Below, one piece after another: positions 1-8,786 of a stretch of 32,000 nucleotides of DNA (position 1 is its first letter; every line of letters starts with the position of its first letter). This stretch comes from Microcystis aeruginosa NIES-2549 (lineage in GTDB: Bacteria; Cyanobacteriota; Cyanobacteriia; Cyanobacteriales; Microcystaceae). A program made the position numbers and the translations under genes. The notes beneath the pieces are model-generated. The model did not search any database, was not told the DNA's origin, and was given only the letters and a program-made list of their open reading frames with translations. The stretch spans positions 2,160,001 to 2,192,000 of the forward strand of contig NZ_CP011304.1 of NCBI RefSeq assembly GCF_000981785.2, in the 5' to 3' direction.

Positions 1-2381
1 ACTGGTAAACAAAAATAAATCCGAGTTCCTTGAAGCACTTCGCTTTCTAAGCTAATACTACCGCCTAAAAGTTTAATATACTCTTGAGTTAGCATCAACC
101 CCAAACCCGTTCCTTCAATTAAAGGATCAGGATTTTGACCTCGATAAAAAGCGTTAAACAGTAGTTCTTGTTCCGACTGGCTAATCCCGACTCCTGTATC
201 TTCTATCCAAAAATTAAGTTGAGCATTTTCTTGATCTAATTTTTGCAAGGAGACTGTTAAAGAAATGCTTCCCACAGATGTAAACTTAAAGGCATTACTG
301 AGCAAATTAAACAAGATTTGTCGTAACTTAGTTGCATCAACTCGAATTAGGCGAGGACAAGCGGTGAGAAAACTAACCTGAAAATCTAAGTTTTTTATCT
401 CGCTACTAAGCTGAAAAATTGCTTCAATATCTCGAATAAAGTCTAAAAAGTTAAGAGATTGAGGCTGTATTGATAATTTTCCAGCTTCAATTTTAGCTAA
501 GTCTAAAATGTTGGTAATTAATAAAAATAAATTTCTGCTATTTTTTCGCACAATATTGAGGGATTGAGTTAAGTGTTTTGGCAACGCCGGATCATTGACA
601 ACTATGTCAGTAAACCCTAAAATCGCATGAAGGGGTGTTTTTAGCTCATGACTCATATTGGTTAGCAAAATGCTTTTAGCCTGATTGGCGATTTCTGCTT
701 TTTCTTTAGCATCAGCAAGTTCTTCAGTCTGTTTCTTCACTTCTTGTGTTAAGATTTTGTTATAATCTTTCAGAAGTATTTCCGCTTGTTTTCTGTCGGT
801 AATATCTTCAATAATAATCAGAGCAAAGATAATCTCATTGGCTTCGTCAAAAATCGGCTTTCCCAATATCTTAACTACAATACTTTGGTGATTGACTTTA
901 ATAGTTATATCATCTAGAGTAAATGATTCTCCTATTAAAATTTTCTGCATATTTTTCTCAAAAAATTCTAGGCTTGCAGCCAATAAAATATTGCCTTCTT
1001 TGTTGATAAAAATTTGCTGTTTTTCCGAATTATAAACTGTAATACCAATCGGTATTGCTTCCAAAAACTGTCTTAATTGTTGTTCTTGAGACTGAAGTTT
1101 TTTTACATATTCCTTTAGTTGATACGCCATTTTTTTAAAGGCTTGAACTAAGTTTTGCAGTTCAGTAATCGAACTTGCTTTAAGTTTTTTTTGCCAATCT
1201 CCTTCGGACAAGGCTAAGGTTGCTTGACTTAATCGGGTAATCGGTTGAGTAATGTAATAAGCAGAAATTAAACCAATAATAATAGCCATCAATAAAGCTA
1301 AGACAGATAGCAGAAAAGTGAGACGTTGATTTTGCCAAATTTTCCCTAAAATATCAGCCTGTGGAATTACAATAATTGCTAACCATTGCAGTCCATTTTG
1401 TTGCTGGAGTGGAAGTGCTAAGACAAAATACTTTTGAGAGTTGATAACTAATGAAGAAAAATACTGTTTTTCAATTTTTTTTACTGGTAGATTGAGTAAT
1501 GTTTGTGATATCTTTTTGGTGATAAGATTAGGACTTTTAGTTGCCAACAAAGGAACTGCATTGCCATTAACAACTTCTAACTGACTTTGACCATTAGAAG
1601 TAGCAATTAAATAACCATTTTTATCAATAATAAAGACGCTACCCGTGCGCCCAATTTTCAGGGATTGCAAAAATTTATTTAGATAGGACAAATCTACCTG
1701 AATAGATGTTACCCCTAATAATTGAGAACGCTTCCCATTGTAGAGGGGACGAGAGAAGTTTATTACTAAATGTTTTTGAAAAACTTTATGGGCAAATAAG
1801 GGAGTCCATTGCATTTTGCCCGTTTTTATCACCTGGGTGTACCAGGGTCTGTTAGTCACTTTATATCGATTAGCGAGGATTTTGGGATTGCGTTTCTTTT
1901 GATAATTTTCTAGAGAAGAATAACCATAGTAATTATATTGCGTTTTTCTTCCTACTTCCGCTAACCCTTGAAGGATTTGACCTTGTTTGTTATAAGTGTG
2001 ACCGGCTGCACGAAATTCATTGGCTTGATTACTCACCATAAAAGCAGTAAGAAAATCATGGCGATGGTTTCGATACTGTTTGTATAAATAAGAGCCCCAA
2101 GGTTCTAAGTCGTTGAGATTTAAGATTCCTAAATCAATTAAATCTTGATGTTCTTGAGTGAGAGCAATCGGTTTTTCTAAAAAATTGTCCATTTCCCCTT
2201 GCAAGCGATCGCCAATATCTTCTAGCAAGGAAAGTGTTAACAGATTAATCGCTTGCCAAGTGCTGTAGTAAGCCAGCCAACTTATACCGCCGATCACAAT
2301 CATCAACTGCACAACAAAAGGAACCGTCAGAAGGATTTTCAGGGAAAGCCAGCGAGATAGATCAAATTTCATTACCGTCAT
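1..2381 (-). CDS. Membrane sensor histidine kinase (TM, extracytoplasmic Cache-like region, HAMP, PAS, HisKA, HATPase_c). The C-terminus runs off the window.
   Basis: Absent from the ORF track because it is edge-truncated. My own minus-strand translation from ATG 2381 (alternative ATG 2372) reads MTVMKFDLSRWLSLKILLTVPFVVQLMIVIGG... H-box MSHELKTPLHAILGF at ~620-665, N-box NLLSNAFKFT at ~278-310, G-box GTGLGL at ~96-113. I checked the frame as open over ~2160-2381 and at these motif regions; the rest was read through without codon-by-codon verification. Confidence 0.85.
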   Translation of the reverse strand, partial: MTVMKFDLSRWLSLKILLTVPFVVQLMIVIGGISWLAYYSTWQAINLLTLSLLEDIGDRLQGEMDNFLEKPIALTQEHQDLIDLGILNLNDLEPWGSYLYKQYRNHRHDFLTAFMVSNQANEFRAAGHTYNKQGQILQGLAEVGRKTQYNYYGYSSLENYQKKRNPKILANRYKVTNRPWYTQVIKTGKMQWTPLFAHKVFQKHLVINFSRPLYNGKRSQLLGVTSIQVDLSYLNKFLQSLKIGRTGSVFIIDKNGYLIATSNGQSQLEVVNGNAVPLLATKSPNLITKKISQTLLNLPVKKIEKQYFSSLVINSQKYFVLALPLQQQNGLQWLAIIVIPQADILGKIWQNQRLTFLLSVLALLMAIIIGLISAYYITQPITRLSQATLALSEGDWQKKLKASSITELQNLVQAFKKMAYQLKEYVKKLQSQEQQLRQFLEAIPIGITVYNSEKQQIFINKEGNILLAASLEFFEKNMQKILIGESFTLDDITIKVNHQSIVVKILGKPIFDEANEIIFALIIIEDITDRKQAEILLKDYNKILTQEVKKQTEELADAKEKAEIANQAKSILLTNMSHELKTPLHAILGFTDIVVNDPALPKHLTQSLNIVRKNSRNLFLLITNILDLAKIEAGKLSIQPQSLNFLDFIRDIEAIFQLSSEIKNLDFQVSFLTACPRLIRVDATKLRQILFNLLSNAFKFTSVGSISLTVSLQKLDQENAQLNFWIEDTGVGISQSEQELLFNAFYRGQNPDPLIEGTGLGLMLTQEYIKLLGGSISLESEVLQGTRIYFCLP

Positions 2382-2427
2382 CGAGAAACTCGCGAAATAC
2401 AACTCTCGGTTCGGGAATCACTATAGG

Positions 2428-2519
2428 TAGTGTTTCAATGACTGATTAAACCTACCTGTAGTGGTATTAGTTCAACTTATGCCACTACAGGCAGTGGATA
2501 GCTTAATCCAAAAACACTA
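2428..2519. repeat. Nested inverted-repeat element upstream of the kinase gene
   Basis: Perfect 10-bp inverted repeat CCTGTAGTGG (2455-2464) / CCACTACAGG (2482-2491). It sits inside an outer 8-bp inverted repeat TAGTGTTT (2428-2435) / AAACACTA (2512-2519). Confidence 0.4.
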
Positions 2520-2664
2520 TATGTGGAAAATGAGCGAACCGTCAGATACAAGGTATGATAGCTTCTTTTAGATGCGGATGTGGTATTTATTGATCATGAA
2601 GTGCGGAATCTGGAACATAAGACTAATAATCATTCTACTTTCCTCATTTTTGCCAGCCACTCAA

Positions 2665-3111
2665 TTAAACTCTGTAACTGCTTCTAAGGACTATCAAATC
2701 CTGGAGTGTCTCGTAGGGAGTGATGATCGATCGAAGAAAGCCACTTTTAGGGACACTGTGCATCAATTCCCAATCTTCTAATAAACTACTAGCAAAGTAT
2801 AATTGGGCATTCCATGAGCCGAAAGGTTCTTGTTCGAGTTGATCTTCTGTTTCACTTGGAGTTGTGCTTTGAGCATTGCTTATAACCCCCAGATTAACGA
2901 CACCATTATTCGTTAATTGAGGGGAATAGGGGGCAGTAGGTATTACATTACTGGTACTTGTAGAGAATTGACTGCTGCTAACGCTAAAGGTTTGAGTGTA
3001 AAAGTCGGTATCTTCTTTGATGCTGAGATTCGCAACATTATCAAAGTTAACCTTTGAACCGATAACGATTACACAGAAAAAAACTGTCATAATAATCGAC
3101 CAAGCTTCCAT
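2665..3111 (-). CDS. Hypothetical ORF; may be a remnant of a gene disrupted by the adjacent IS fragment
   Basis: 148-aa track ORF with no motif I recognise. Its first ~12 codons overlap the transposase fragment on the opposite strand. Confidence 0.2.
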   Translation of the reverse strand: MEAWSIIMTVFFCVIVIGSKVNFDNVANLSIKEDTDFYTQTFSVSSSQFSTSTSNVIPTAPYSPQLTNNGVVNLGVISNAQSTTPSETEDQLEQEPFGSWNAQLYFASSLLEDWELMHSVPKSGFLRSIITPYETLQDLIVLRSSYRV

Positions 3112-3343
3112 TCATACCAGCGAGGCATTTATGGAGAAACTTGAGGAATGGGAAAAGAAAAACTTGAAAATATTTTGGTTGCCCACTTATTCACCTCATT
3201 TAAATTTAATTGAAATATTATGGAGATTTTTAAAATATGAATGGATTGAATTTAGCGCCTATAAAGACCGAAAGAGCCTCCTCGCTTACGTTAAAAAAGT
3301 GCTGGACAATTTTGGAGGCGAGTATGTAATTAATTTTGCCTAG
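3077..3343 (+). pseudogene. C-terminal fragment of an IS630-family (Tc1/mariner-like DDE) transposase
   Basis: KKTVIIIDQASIHTS...FWLPTYSPHLNLIEILWRFLKYEW matches the IS630 signature (xDNAxxH ... LPxYSPxLNxIExxW). Only about 90 residues are present and no N-terminal HTH or catalytic part lies upstream. Confidence 0.75.
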
Positions 3344-3363
3344 GTACTTATAACTTTTCAAGA

Positions 3364-3398
3364 GAACGTAGGTTGGGTTGAAGCATGAAACCCAACGC
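3364..3398 (+). repeat. Dispersed 35-bp hairpin repeat (GTTGGGTT-N-AACCCAAC core); copy 1
   Basis: GAACGTAGGTTGGGTTGAAGCATGAAACCCAACGC is identical to the reverse complement of 14238-14272. Confidence 0.8.
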
Positions 3399-3480
3399 CT
3401 GCTCATGTTACGCTACCGCTAACCCATCCTACAAATAATTTTACCTCCCTACTTAAAAGACGATTTTTAGGCATTCTTGG

Positions 3481-4110
3481 TTAAGACATTAAAAATAAAC
3501 GATAAGATTTGCTGTCAATTAAGATATAAATTCCTAGAATAATATAGATAAAAGGACTAATTTTATGTCCGTAGTTTGTAAGCACTTTAGCTATCCTGGG
3601 ATGGGTAATCAAAAAATAGGCTAGGACGCACCAAATCCCCATCATGAGATAAAAAATTATCATGATAATTAAGACGTGCATCGGGGAATTATTGGCAAAA
3701 AGAGAGGTATAGATACCAATATTATCACCACCATTAGCCACTGTTACAGCCACAACTTGATAGGTTTCGGGAGTAATAATCGATCCAGGAGGGGAGGAAT
3801 GATTAAGATCGATCGCTACTGTTTGAATATTCTCATTGTCTGACGAAAAAAGCTGTTTAATCCCAATAATTAGCGGTATAAATCCTAATAGACCAATCCA
3901 TTCTTTAGAAACCAGTAACCCAAATAGTAAACCGAGGGAACTAGCTAGGAGAATGAGGGTAAAACCGAGGTATTGACCGATAATCAGATGTCGAGGTCGA
4001 AAATTAGCATTAAGTCGCGAGAAAAACAACATTAGCACCATCAGATCATCGAGATTTGTGGCTACAAAACTCGTCACGCTAGTAATTAAAAGGGCTACTA
4101 ACCAATTCAT
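3481..4110 (-). CDS. CadD-family cadmium-resistance-type transporter
   Basis: 209 aa, polytopic. The N-terminus ...FVATNLDDLMVLMLFF... and the GGDNIGIY motif are typical of the CadD family as I recall it. Confidence 0.7.
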   Translation of the reverse strand: MNWLVALLITSVTSFVATNLDDLMVLMLFFSRLNANFRPRHLIIGQYLGFTLILLASSLGLLFGLLVSKEWIGLLGFIPLIIGIKQLFSSDNENIQTVAIDLNHSSPPGSIITPETYQVVAVTVANGGDNIGIYTSLFANNSPMHVLIIMIIFYLMMGIWCVLAYFLITHPRIAKVLTNYGHKISPFIYIILGIYILIDSKSYRLFLMS

Positions 4111-4140
4111 AGATTGAAAAAAGGGATAATCCTTCCCATT

Positions 4141-4716
4141 CTAAATCTCGTAGTGCCAGATTTCCTCCTCTCGTAAAAGAAGACGATGGACGGGAAGACG
4201 TTCCACGGCCCCCTGTTGTTCAAGATGATTAAGTGCGCGGGTAATTGTGACTCTAGTAGTTCCTAATAAGTCAGCGATATCCTGATGAGTTAGACGCACA
4301 TCAATTAATTGTCCGTTACCGGTTTGTTTGCCGAATTGATTGCCTAACCATGACAGTAATTTCAGGACCATAACATCAGTACGTTTGTAGCTACGAATAA
4401 TACTTAGTTCTTGTGCTTGCTGAAGATGAGACAGCAGAATTTCTGCCATTTGATAACTCTCAACTGTGGAAAAGGAAACTGCTTGCACAGGACTAATGCA
4501 CTCAACTTGATAGGGATTGACTCTCTCTAGGGTTTTGCCAACAAAACTGCCGGGTCCCCACAATCCCAAGACGATGAGGGTTCCATCTTCTAACCAGGTG
4601 GAGGTTTTCACGACTCCACTCTCGATTTTCCAGAAATTAGGATTTCTGAGGGGCAAAATTGCCCGATTATCAAAGTGCCAGCGATGGGGGGTTGGTGGTT
4701 GATAGGTAAGCGTCAT
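4141..4716 (-). CDS. Crp/Fnr-family transcriptional regulator
   Basis: 191 aa with an N-terminal cNMP-like barrel and a C-terminal HTH, LTHQDIADLLGTTRVTITRALNHLEQQG. It lies 30 bp upstream of the CadD-like gene on the same strand. Confidence 0.85.
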   Translation of the reverse strand: MTLTYQPPTPHRWHFDNRAILPLRNPNFWKIESGVVKTSTWLEDGTLIVLGLWGPGSFVGKTLERVNPYQVECISPVQAVSFSTVESYQMAEILLSHLQQAQELSIIRSYKRTDVMVLKLLSWLGNQFGKQTGNGQLIDVRLTHQDIADLLGTTRVTITRALNHLEQQGAVERLPVHRLLLREEEIWHYEI

Positions 4717-4873
4717 GATTGATAATTAATTTTGATTAGGTACTTAGCTAGTAAAAAGCACAAGGCTGTCGGTAAAGGGGCTTTTTAGACAAGTTAAGGC
4801 TTTTTGGGAGATTTTGGGGTAAAAACGATAATTACCCCAAAAAAGACTGATTTTATGCCCTTGCAAGCCCTAT

Positions 4874-5572
4874 TTATTTCGGGGTGCTAGTCTTCTCCAG
4901 TTCCGTCGTCGCCGAGGAGATCAGTTCTTGCCAAGCTCGATCGCTTTCCTGTAGAGTCTGTTTAACTGCGTCGATGGTCTTTTCCACGCGAGTTTTCAGG
5001 AAAGGGGAAGCATTGTCTTTGAGTCGTTCGGTGTCGTCGGCTAAGATATCGATCGTCTCGGAGGTATTAACGAGGCTCTTTTCTAGGGTAATAAGGTTGT
5101 TTTGCAGGGTTTCACCGAGTTTAGCCCCAGAACTTGTCAACTTTTTCCCTAATTTGCTCACTTTTTCCCCTAGATCGTCAATATTATCTGCTAAGTCCTC
5201 TAGGTTGTCCTGTTGAGCTTCGATAATCTTCTTGTCGAGAGAAGGGGCGGCTAGTTGAGCATTTAGGTCATCGATAGCCGATTTTGTCGCTTGGATGGCT
5301 TTTTCATAGGCAATTTGGGCATCTTCGAGAATTTTTGACCTAGAAACCTCATTTTTTTTCTTAACTGGTTCCACCACAGTGCCACCGGTTGCCGTGGCAC
5401 GGTCGATGACAGCCAACTGTTCGGGAAGTAGCGGCAAGGCGATCGCATTTCCCCTTCCCCCGAGGAGCAAAGTGACAGTTAAGAGGAAAATCAGCAGCCG
5501 GAAAACTTGATTTTTGAGGTTTTTAAAACTCTTATTTCGGTTGATCATAATTTGATTTTCTCCTATATTCAA
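4874..5572 (-). CDS. Secreted or membrane-anchored coiled-coil protein of unknown function
   Basis: 232-aa ORF; the likely start is the second Met (5548). It has a hydrophobic signal/anchor (FRLLIFLLTVTLLLGG...AIA) followed by heptad-like, Lys/Glu/Asp-rich sequence. There is no Met or Cys after residue 9. Confidence 0.65.
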   Translation of the reverse strand: MNIGENQIMINRNKSFKNLKNQVFRLLIFLLTVTLLLGGRGNAIALPLLPEQLAVIDRATATGGTVVEPVKKKNEVSRSKILEDAQIAYEKAIQATKSAIDDLNAQLAAPSLDKKIIEAQQDNLEDLADNIDDLGEKVSKLGKKLTSSGAKLGETLQNNLITLEKSLVNTSETIDILADDTERLKDNASPFLKTRVEKTIDAVKQTLQESDRAWQELISSATTELEKTSTPK

Positions 5573-5863
5573 AAAATTGGTTATTCAATCTAAATATTAT
5601 CATATAAAATACTTGTGTGTTATCTATATACAGAAAATTTTATAAAAAATTTATTATATTTTTTAACTAATAAATTGCAGATAAAATATAAACTTTTTGA
5701 GCTAAAAACTATTATAGAAAAGCTTATACCCTTTTAATAGAAAAATAATTTTTATCGAAAAAATCTGGTCTAAAACCTCGCCTTAAGGCGAAAAGTTTTT
5801 GGGGCGGGGTATAAATTCCCTTTACAAAAATTGCCTCCTGCCGACCGCCTCCTGCCTCCGTTA

Positions 5864-6400
5864 TTAATGAGATGCTGAATTATCCGATGAGTCTATTTCT
5901 TGATTGATCCGAGATATTTTCTTCCGACCTTTAATATATTTGGCTAAAGGTTGTTTTTTCTTCAGTCGTTTAATGCCACTTAAAGTGGAGAGAGTGAATA
6001 AAGTACCCACGAGAACCATCTGCCATAAACCGCAGCCAGAAGCGGCCCCTAATCCTGCTGCTAACCAGATAGTCGCCGCCGAAGTCAAACCTTTTACTTG
6101 TATCTTATTTAGTTCCCGATGGGACTGTTGTAGGATGATTCCCGCCCCTAAAAAACCGACACCAGAAGCGACCCCTTGAATAGTGCGACTGAGGGCATTA
6201 GAAGACGCATAACCCACATCTCCTTCCGCTTGTAGGGGAATCATCACGAACATGGCAGCTCCGAGACTAACGATGATAAAAGTTCTCAATCCAGCCGGAC
6301 GACCGCCTCGCTGTCGGTTATAACCAATCAGACAGCCGACGGCCATAGCCATACTGAGCCGAAAAATAATCGTTTGCCAATCTTCCGAGTCAAAAAACAT
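5864..6400 (-). CDS. MgtC/SapB-family membrane protein
   Basis: 178 aa. RLSMAMAVGCLIGYNRQ...GLRTFIIVSLGAA is characteristic of the MgtC N-terminal domain. Confidence 0.75.
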   Translation of the reverse strand: MFFDSEDWQTIIFRLSMAMAVGCLIGYNRQRGGRPAGLRTFIIVSLGAAMFVMIPLQAEGDVGYASSNALSRTIQGVASGVGFLGAGIILQQSHRELNKIQVKGLTSAATIWLAAGLGAASGCGLWQMVLVGTLFTLSTLSGIKRLKKKQPLAKYIKGRKKISRINQEIDSSDNSASH

Positions 6401-6476
6401 TGCTTAACCCATCAAATGAGATAAAAACTTCGCCTAACTAATCAAGGCCTTTTCCAGATCCCGCTTTAAATCGTTT

Positions 6477-6611
6477 CTATTCTCGATCCCGATCGATAAT
6501 CCTAGTAAAGCTGGTGTTATAGGTGGAAGTGAGATCAATGGGAACCGTTACCGCCCCATGGCTAGAGTCTGGTTCTTGCCCCCCATGAATTGCCCTCGTT
6601 TCAAATTCCAT
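6477..6611 (-). pseudogene. N-terminal relic (44 codons) of a Cys/Met-metabolism PLP enzyme (cystathionine gamma-synthase / O-acetylhomoserine sulfhydrylase type)
   Basis: My own translation is MEFETRAIHGGQEPDSSHGAVTVPIDLTSTYNTSFTRIIDRDRE*. The TRAIHGGQEPD...GAV..PI..TSTY block matches the conserved N-terminus of this family. Only ~76 bp remain before the next gene, so the rest is deleted. Confidence 0.6.
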
Positions 6612-6626
6612 CAATTTATTGTCCTA

Positions 6627-7574
6627 TTAGTCGATATCTTCGAGGTCTTTAAACAGGGCCGTGCTGAGGTAACGTTCCCCGAAACTAGGCTGAATCATGA
6701 CGATTAATTTATCTTCGTTTTCGGGTCTTTTGCCCACCTGAATCGCCGCCCATAAAGCAGCCCCGGCCGAAATGCCCGATAGTAGTCCCTCCTGACGAGC
6801 TAACCGTCGCGCGTAGGCGAAAGCCTCTGTATCATCGACGATAATCACCTCATCGATTAATTCCGGTCGGAAAATGGCTGGGATAAAACCGGCGCCGATG
6901 CCTTGGATTTTGTGCGGCCCGGGTGGTCCTCCCGATAAGACGGGACTATTAGAGGGTTCAACTGCGATCGCTTGAAATTGGGGACGACGGGGTTTAATGG
7001 TTTCGGCAATACCGGTAATGGTTCCCCCGGTTCCCACGCCACCGATAACGATATCTACCAGGCCGTCGGTATCGGTCCAGATTTCTTCGGCGGTGGTTTC
7101 TCGGTGAATTTTCGGGTTAGCCGGGTTGCGGAACTGTTGCAAACTATAGGCGTTGGGGATGTTTTCGACTATTTCCTCGGCTCTGGCGATCGCTCCTTTC
7201 ATGCCTTGGCTACCCGGGGTTAATTCTAATTGCGCTCCGTAGGCTTTTAACATCGCCCGTCGTTCTAAACTCATGGTTTCGGGCATAGTCAGGATTAAGC
7301 GATAGCCTTTGGCAGCGGCTACCATGGCCAGGGCGATGCCGGTATTGCCGGAAGTGGGTTCCACCAGAATTGTTTTATCGGGGTGAATTAGTCCGGCGGC
7401 TTCAGCGTCCTCCACCATACTGACCCCGATGCGATCCTTAACCGAGGCGGCGGGGTTCATACTTTCTAGTTTGACGACGATGCGGGCTTTTACTCCCTCT
7501 GCTACTGGGATTCGATTCAGTTGGACTAGGGGAGTCCGTCCTACCAATTGGGTGATGTCTCTTGCGATCGGCAT
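6627..7574 (-). CDS. cysK: Cysteine synthase A (O-acetylserine sulfhydrylase)
   Basis: 315 aa with [13 protein letters not shown], the PLP-lysine context [15 protein letters not shown], and [10 protein letters not shown]. Confidence 0.95.
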   Translation of the reverse strand: MPIARDITQLVGRTPLVQLNRIPVAEGVKARIVVKLESMNPAASVKDRIGVSMVEDAEAAGLIHPDKTILVEPTSGNTGIALAMVAAAKGYRLILTMPETMSLERRAMLKAYGAQLELTPGSQGMKGAIARAEEIVENIPNAYSLQQFRNPANPKIHRETTAEEIWTDTDGLVDIVIGGVGTGGTITGIAETIKPRRPQFQAIAVEPSNSPVLSGGPPGPHKIQGIGAGFIPAIFRPELIDEVIIVDDTEAFAYARRLARQEGLLSGISAGAALWAAIQVGKRPENEDKLIVMIQPSFGERYLSTALFKDLEDID

Positions 7575-7664
7575 AATCCCACTTGCTTTATACTTGTTGG
7601 CTATTTTTGATTATATATGTATTTAAGATGTTTTACAATACTTTTTAGATTGGAGTACAGTGCG

Positions 7665-7694
7665 TCGGCGGGGATTATCCCCGTCGATTTTTTT
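7665..7694 (+). terminator. Orphan intrinsic-terminator-like hairpin in the cysK / cpcB intergenic region
   Basis: 10-bp GC-rich stem (7665-7674 / 7678-7687, one G-U pair), 3-nt loop, then T7 (7688-7694). No plus-strand gene lies upstream. Confidence 0.45.
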
Positions 7695-8200
7695 GCCTTG
7701 ATAGTTTCTTTTTGGTATATCAAAGCACAATCGATAAAATCGTCTTGGGAAATTTTTCTCAATTTAGTTAATTATTATTAGTATATAAAAGCACATTTGT
7801 TTAAATAACTTAAAGGAATTATTAGAGAGATGAAAAGAGTGATACTTTTTCTTAGTATAGGGTTACACATTTGGAAAAGTTTTCTGAGATTTATCCTAAA
7901 AAATTATTTTTTTGCTGTTTTTTTAGGAAACAATTTTTAATAAATAAAGGTGAAAATATCGTCTATAAAATAATTTATGGCAAAAACGAGGTGTGTCTAG
8001 GAGCGTCAATAAACGCTAAATTCAATTTAAAAGAATTGTTCCTCGATATACAAAAAATCTGGCCAAGGGAGAGTAAAACTTTTTTCAAGGACGATAGTAT
8101 AGTCCCAAGAAAAAAACTCCTAGATACTTTATCGGAAAAATAAAGAAAAGCCAGAAAATTTACCTCGATATTTTGCCGAAACCAATCATCATTATAGGAG

Positions 8201-8731
8201 ATGAAAACTATGGTGTTAGATGCCTTTGCCAAAGTCGTTTCCCAGGCCGATACCCGCGGGGAATACCTGAGCGAGAATCAAGTCAATGCCCTAATTGCCT
8301 TCGTCAAAGATGGTAATAAACGCGTGGATGTGGTCAATCGTCTTTCCAGTAATTCTTCTGCGATCGTTACCGATGCCGCGCGTAGTTTGTTTTCAGAACA
8401 GCCCGTTTTAGTTGCCCCCGGTGGCAACGCCTATACAAACCGTCGTGCCGCCGCCTGCTTGCGGGATTTGGAAATTATCCTGCGCTACGTTACCTATGCC
8501 ACCTTCACCGGCGATGCCAGCATCCTCGATGATCGCGCCTTGAATGGTCTCCGGGAAACCTACGTCGCCCTAGGAGTTCCGGGTGCTTCTGTTGCGGCCG
8601 GAATTCTCAAGCTCAAAGACGCTTCCCTTGCCCTAGCGGCCGATCCCAACGGGATCACTCGCGGGGATTGCAGTTCTTTACTAGCAGAAGTCGCTTCCTA
8701 CTTCGATCGAGCGGCGGCGGCAGTTTCCTGA
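8201..8731 (+). CDS. cpcB: Phycocyanin beta-subunit paralog, sulfur-depleted (cpcB3-like)
   Basis: ...[15 protein letters not shown]...[25 protein letters not shown]...[31 protein letters not shown] at 8192-8196 favours a start at ATG 8210 or GTG 8213. Its only Cys are the two bilin sites, and there is no internal Met. Confidence 0.93.
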   Translation: MKTMVLDAFAKVVSQADTRGEYLSENQVNALIAFVKDGNKRVDVVNRLSSNSSAIVTDAARSLFSEQPVLVAPGGNAYTNRRAAACLRDLEIILRYVTYATFTGDASILDDRALNGLRETYVALGVPGASVAAGILKLKDASLALAADPNGITRGDCSSLLAEVASYFDRAAAAVS

Positions 8732-8786
8732 TGCTGTGACTTTCTTCTCTCAATCCGATTAAACTTTTGTAGGAGCAATTCCATCG

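Noticed and set aside
2572-2781. 69-aa plus-strand ORF
   Set aside because: It has no motif or RBS and overlaps the equally doubtful minus-strand ORF. It is probably noise in a degraded region next to the IS relic.
4517-7626. Short ORFs at 4517-4702, 4884-5216, 5263-5448, 5904-6179, 6857-7042, 6972-7223 and 7429-7626
   Set aside because: All lie inside, or antisense to, the Crp-like, coiled-coil, MgtC-like or cysK genes, and none has an independent signal.
7841-7870. Possible Crp/NtcA-type site GTGATAC...GTATAGGGTTACAC upstream of the cpcBA paralog
   Set aside because: The spacing does not fit GTA-N8-TAC or TGTGA-N6-TCACA, and the half-sites are imperfect. It cannot be distinguished from chance in AT-rich DNA.
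7871-8232. ORFs 7871-8143(+) and 7975-8232(-) in the cysK / cpcB spacer
   Set aside because: They fall in an AT-rich promoter-type region. They have a TTG start or no RBS, Phe/Lys/Ile-rich composition, and they overlap each other.
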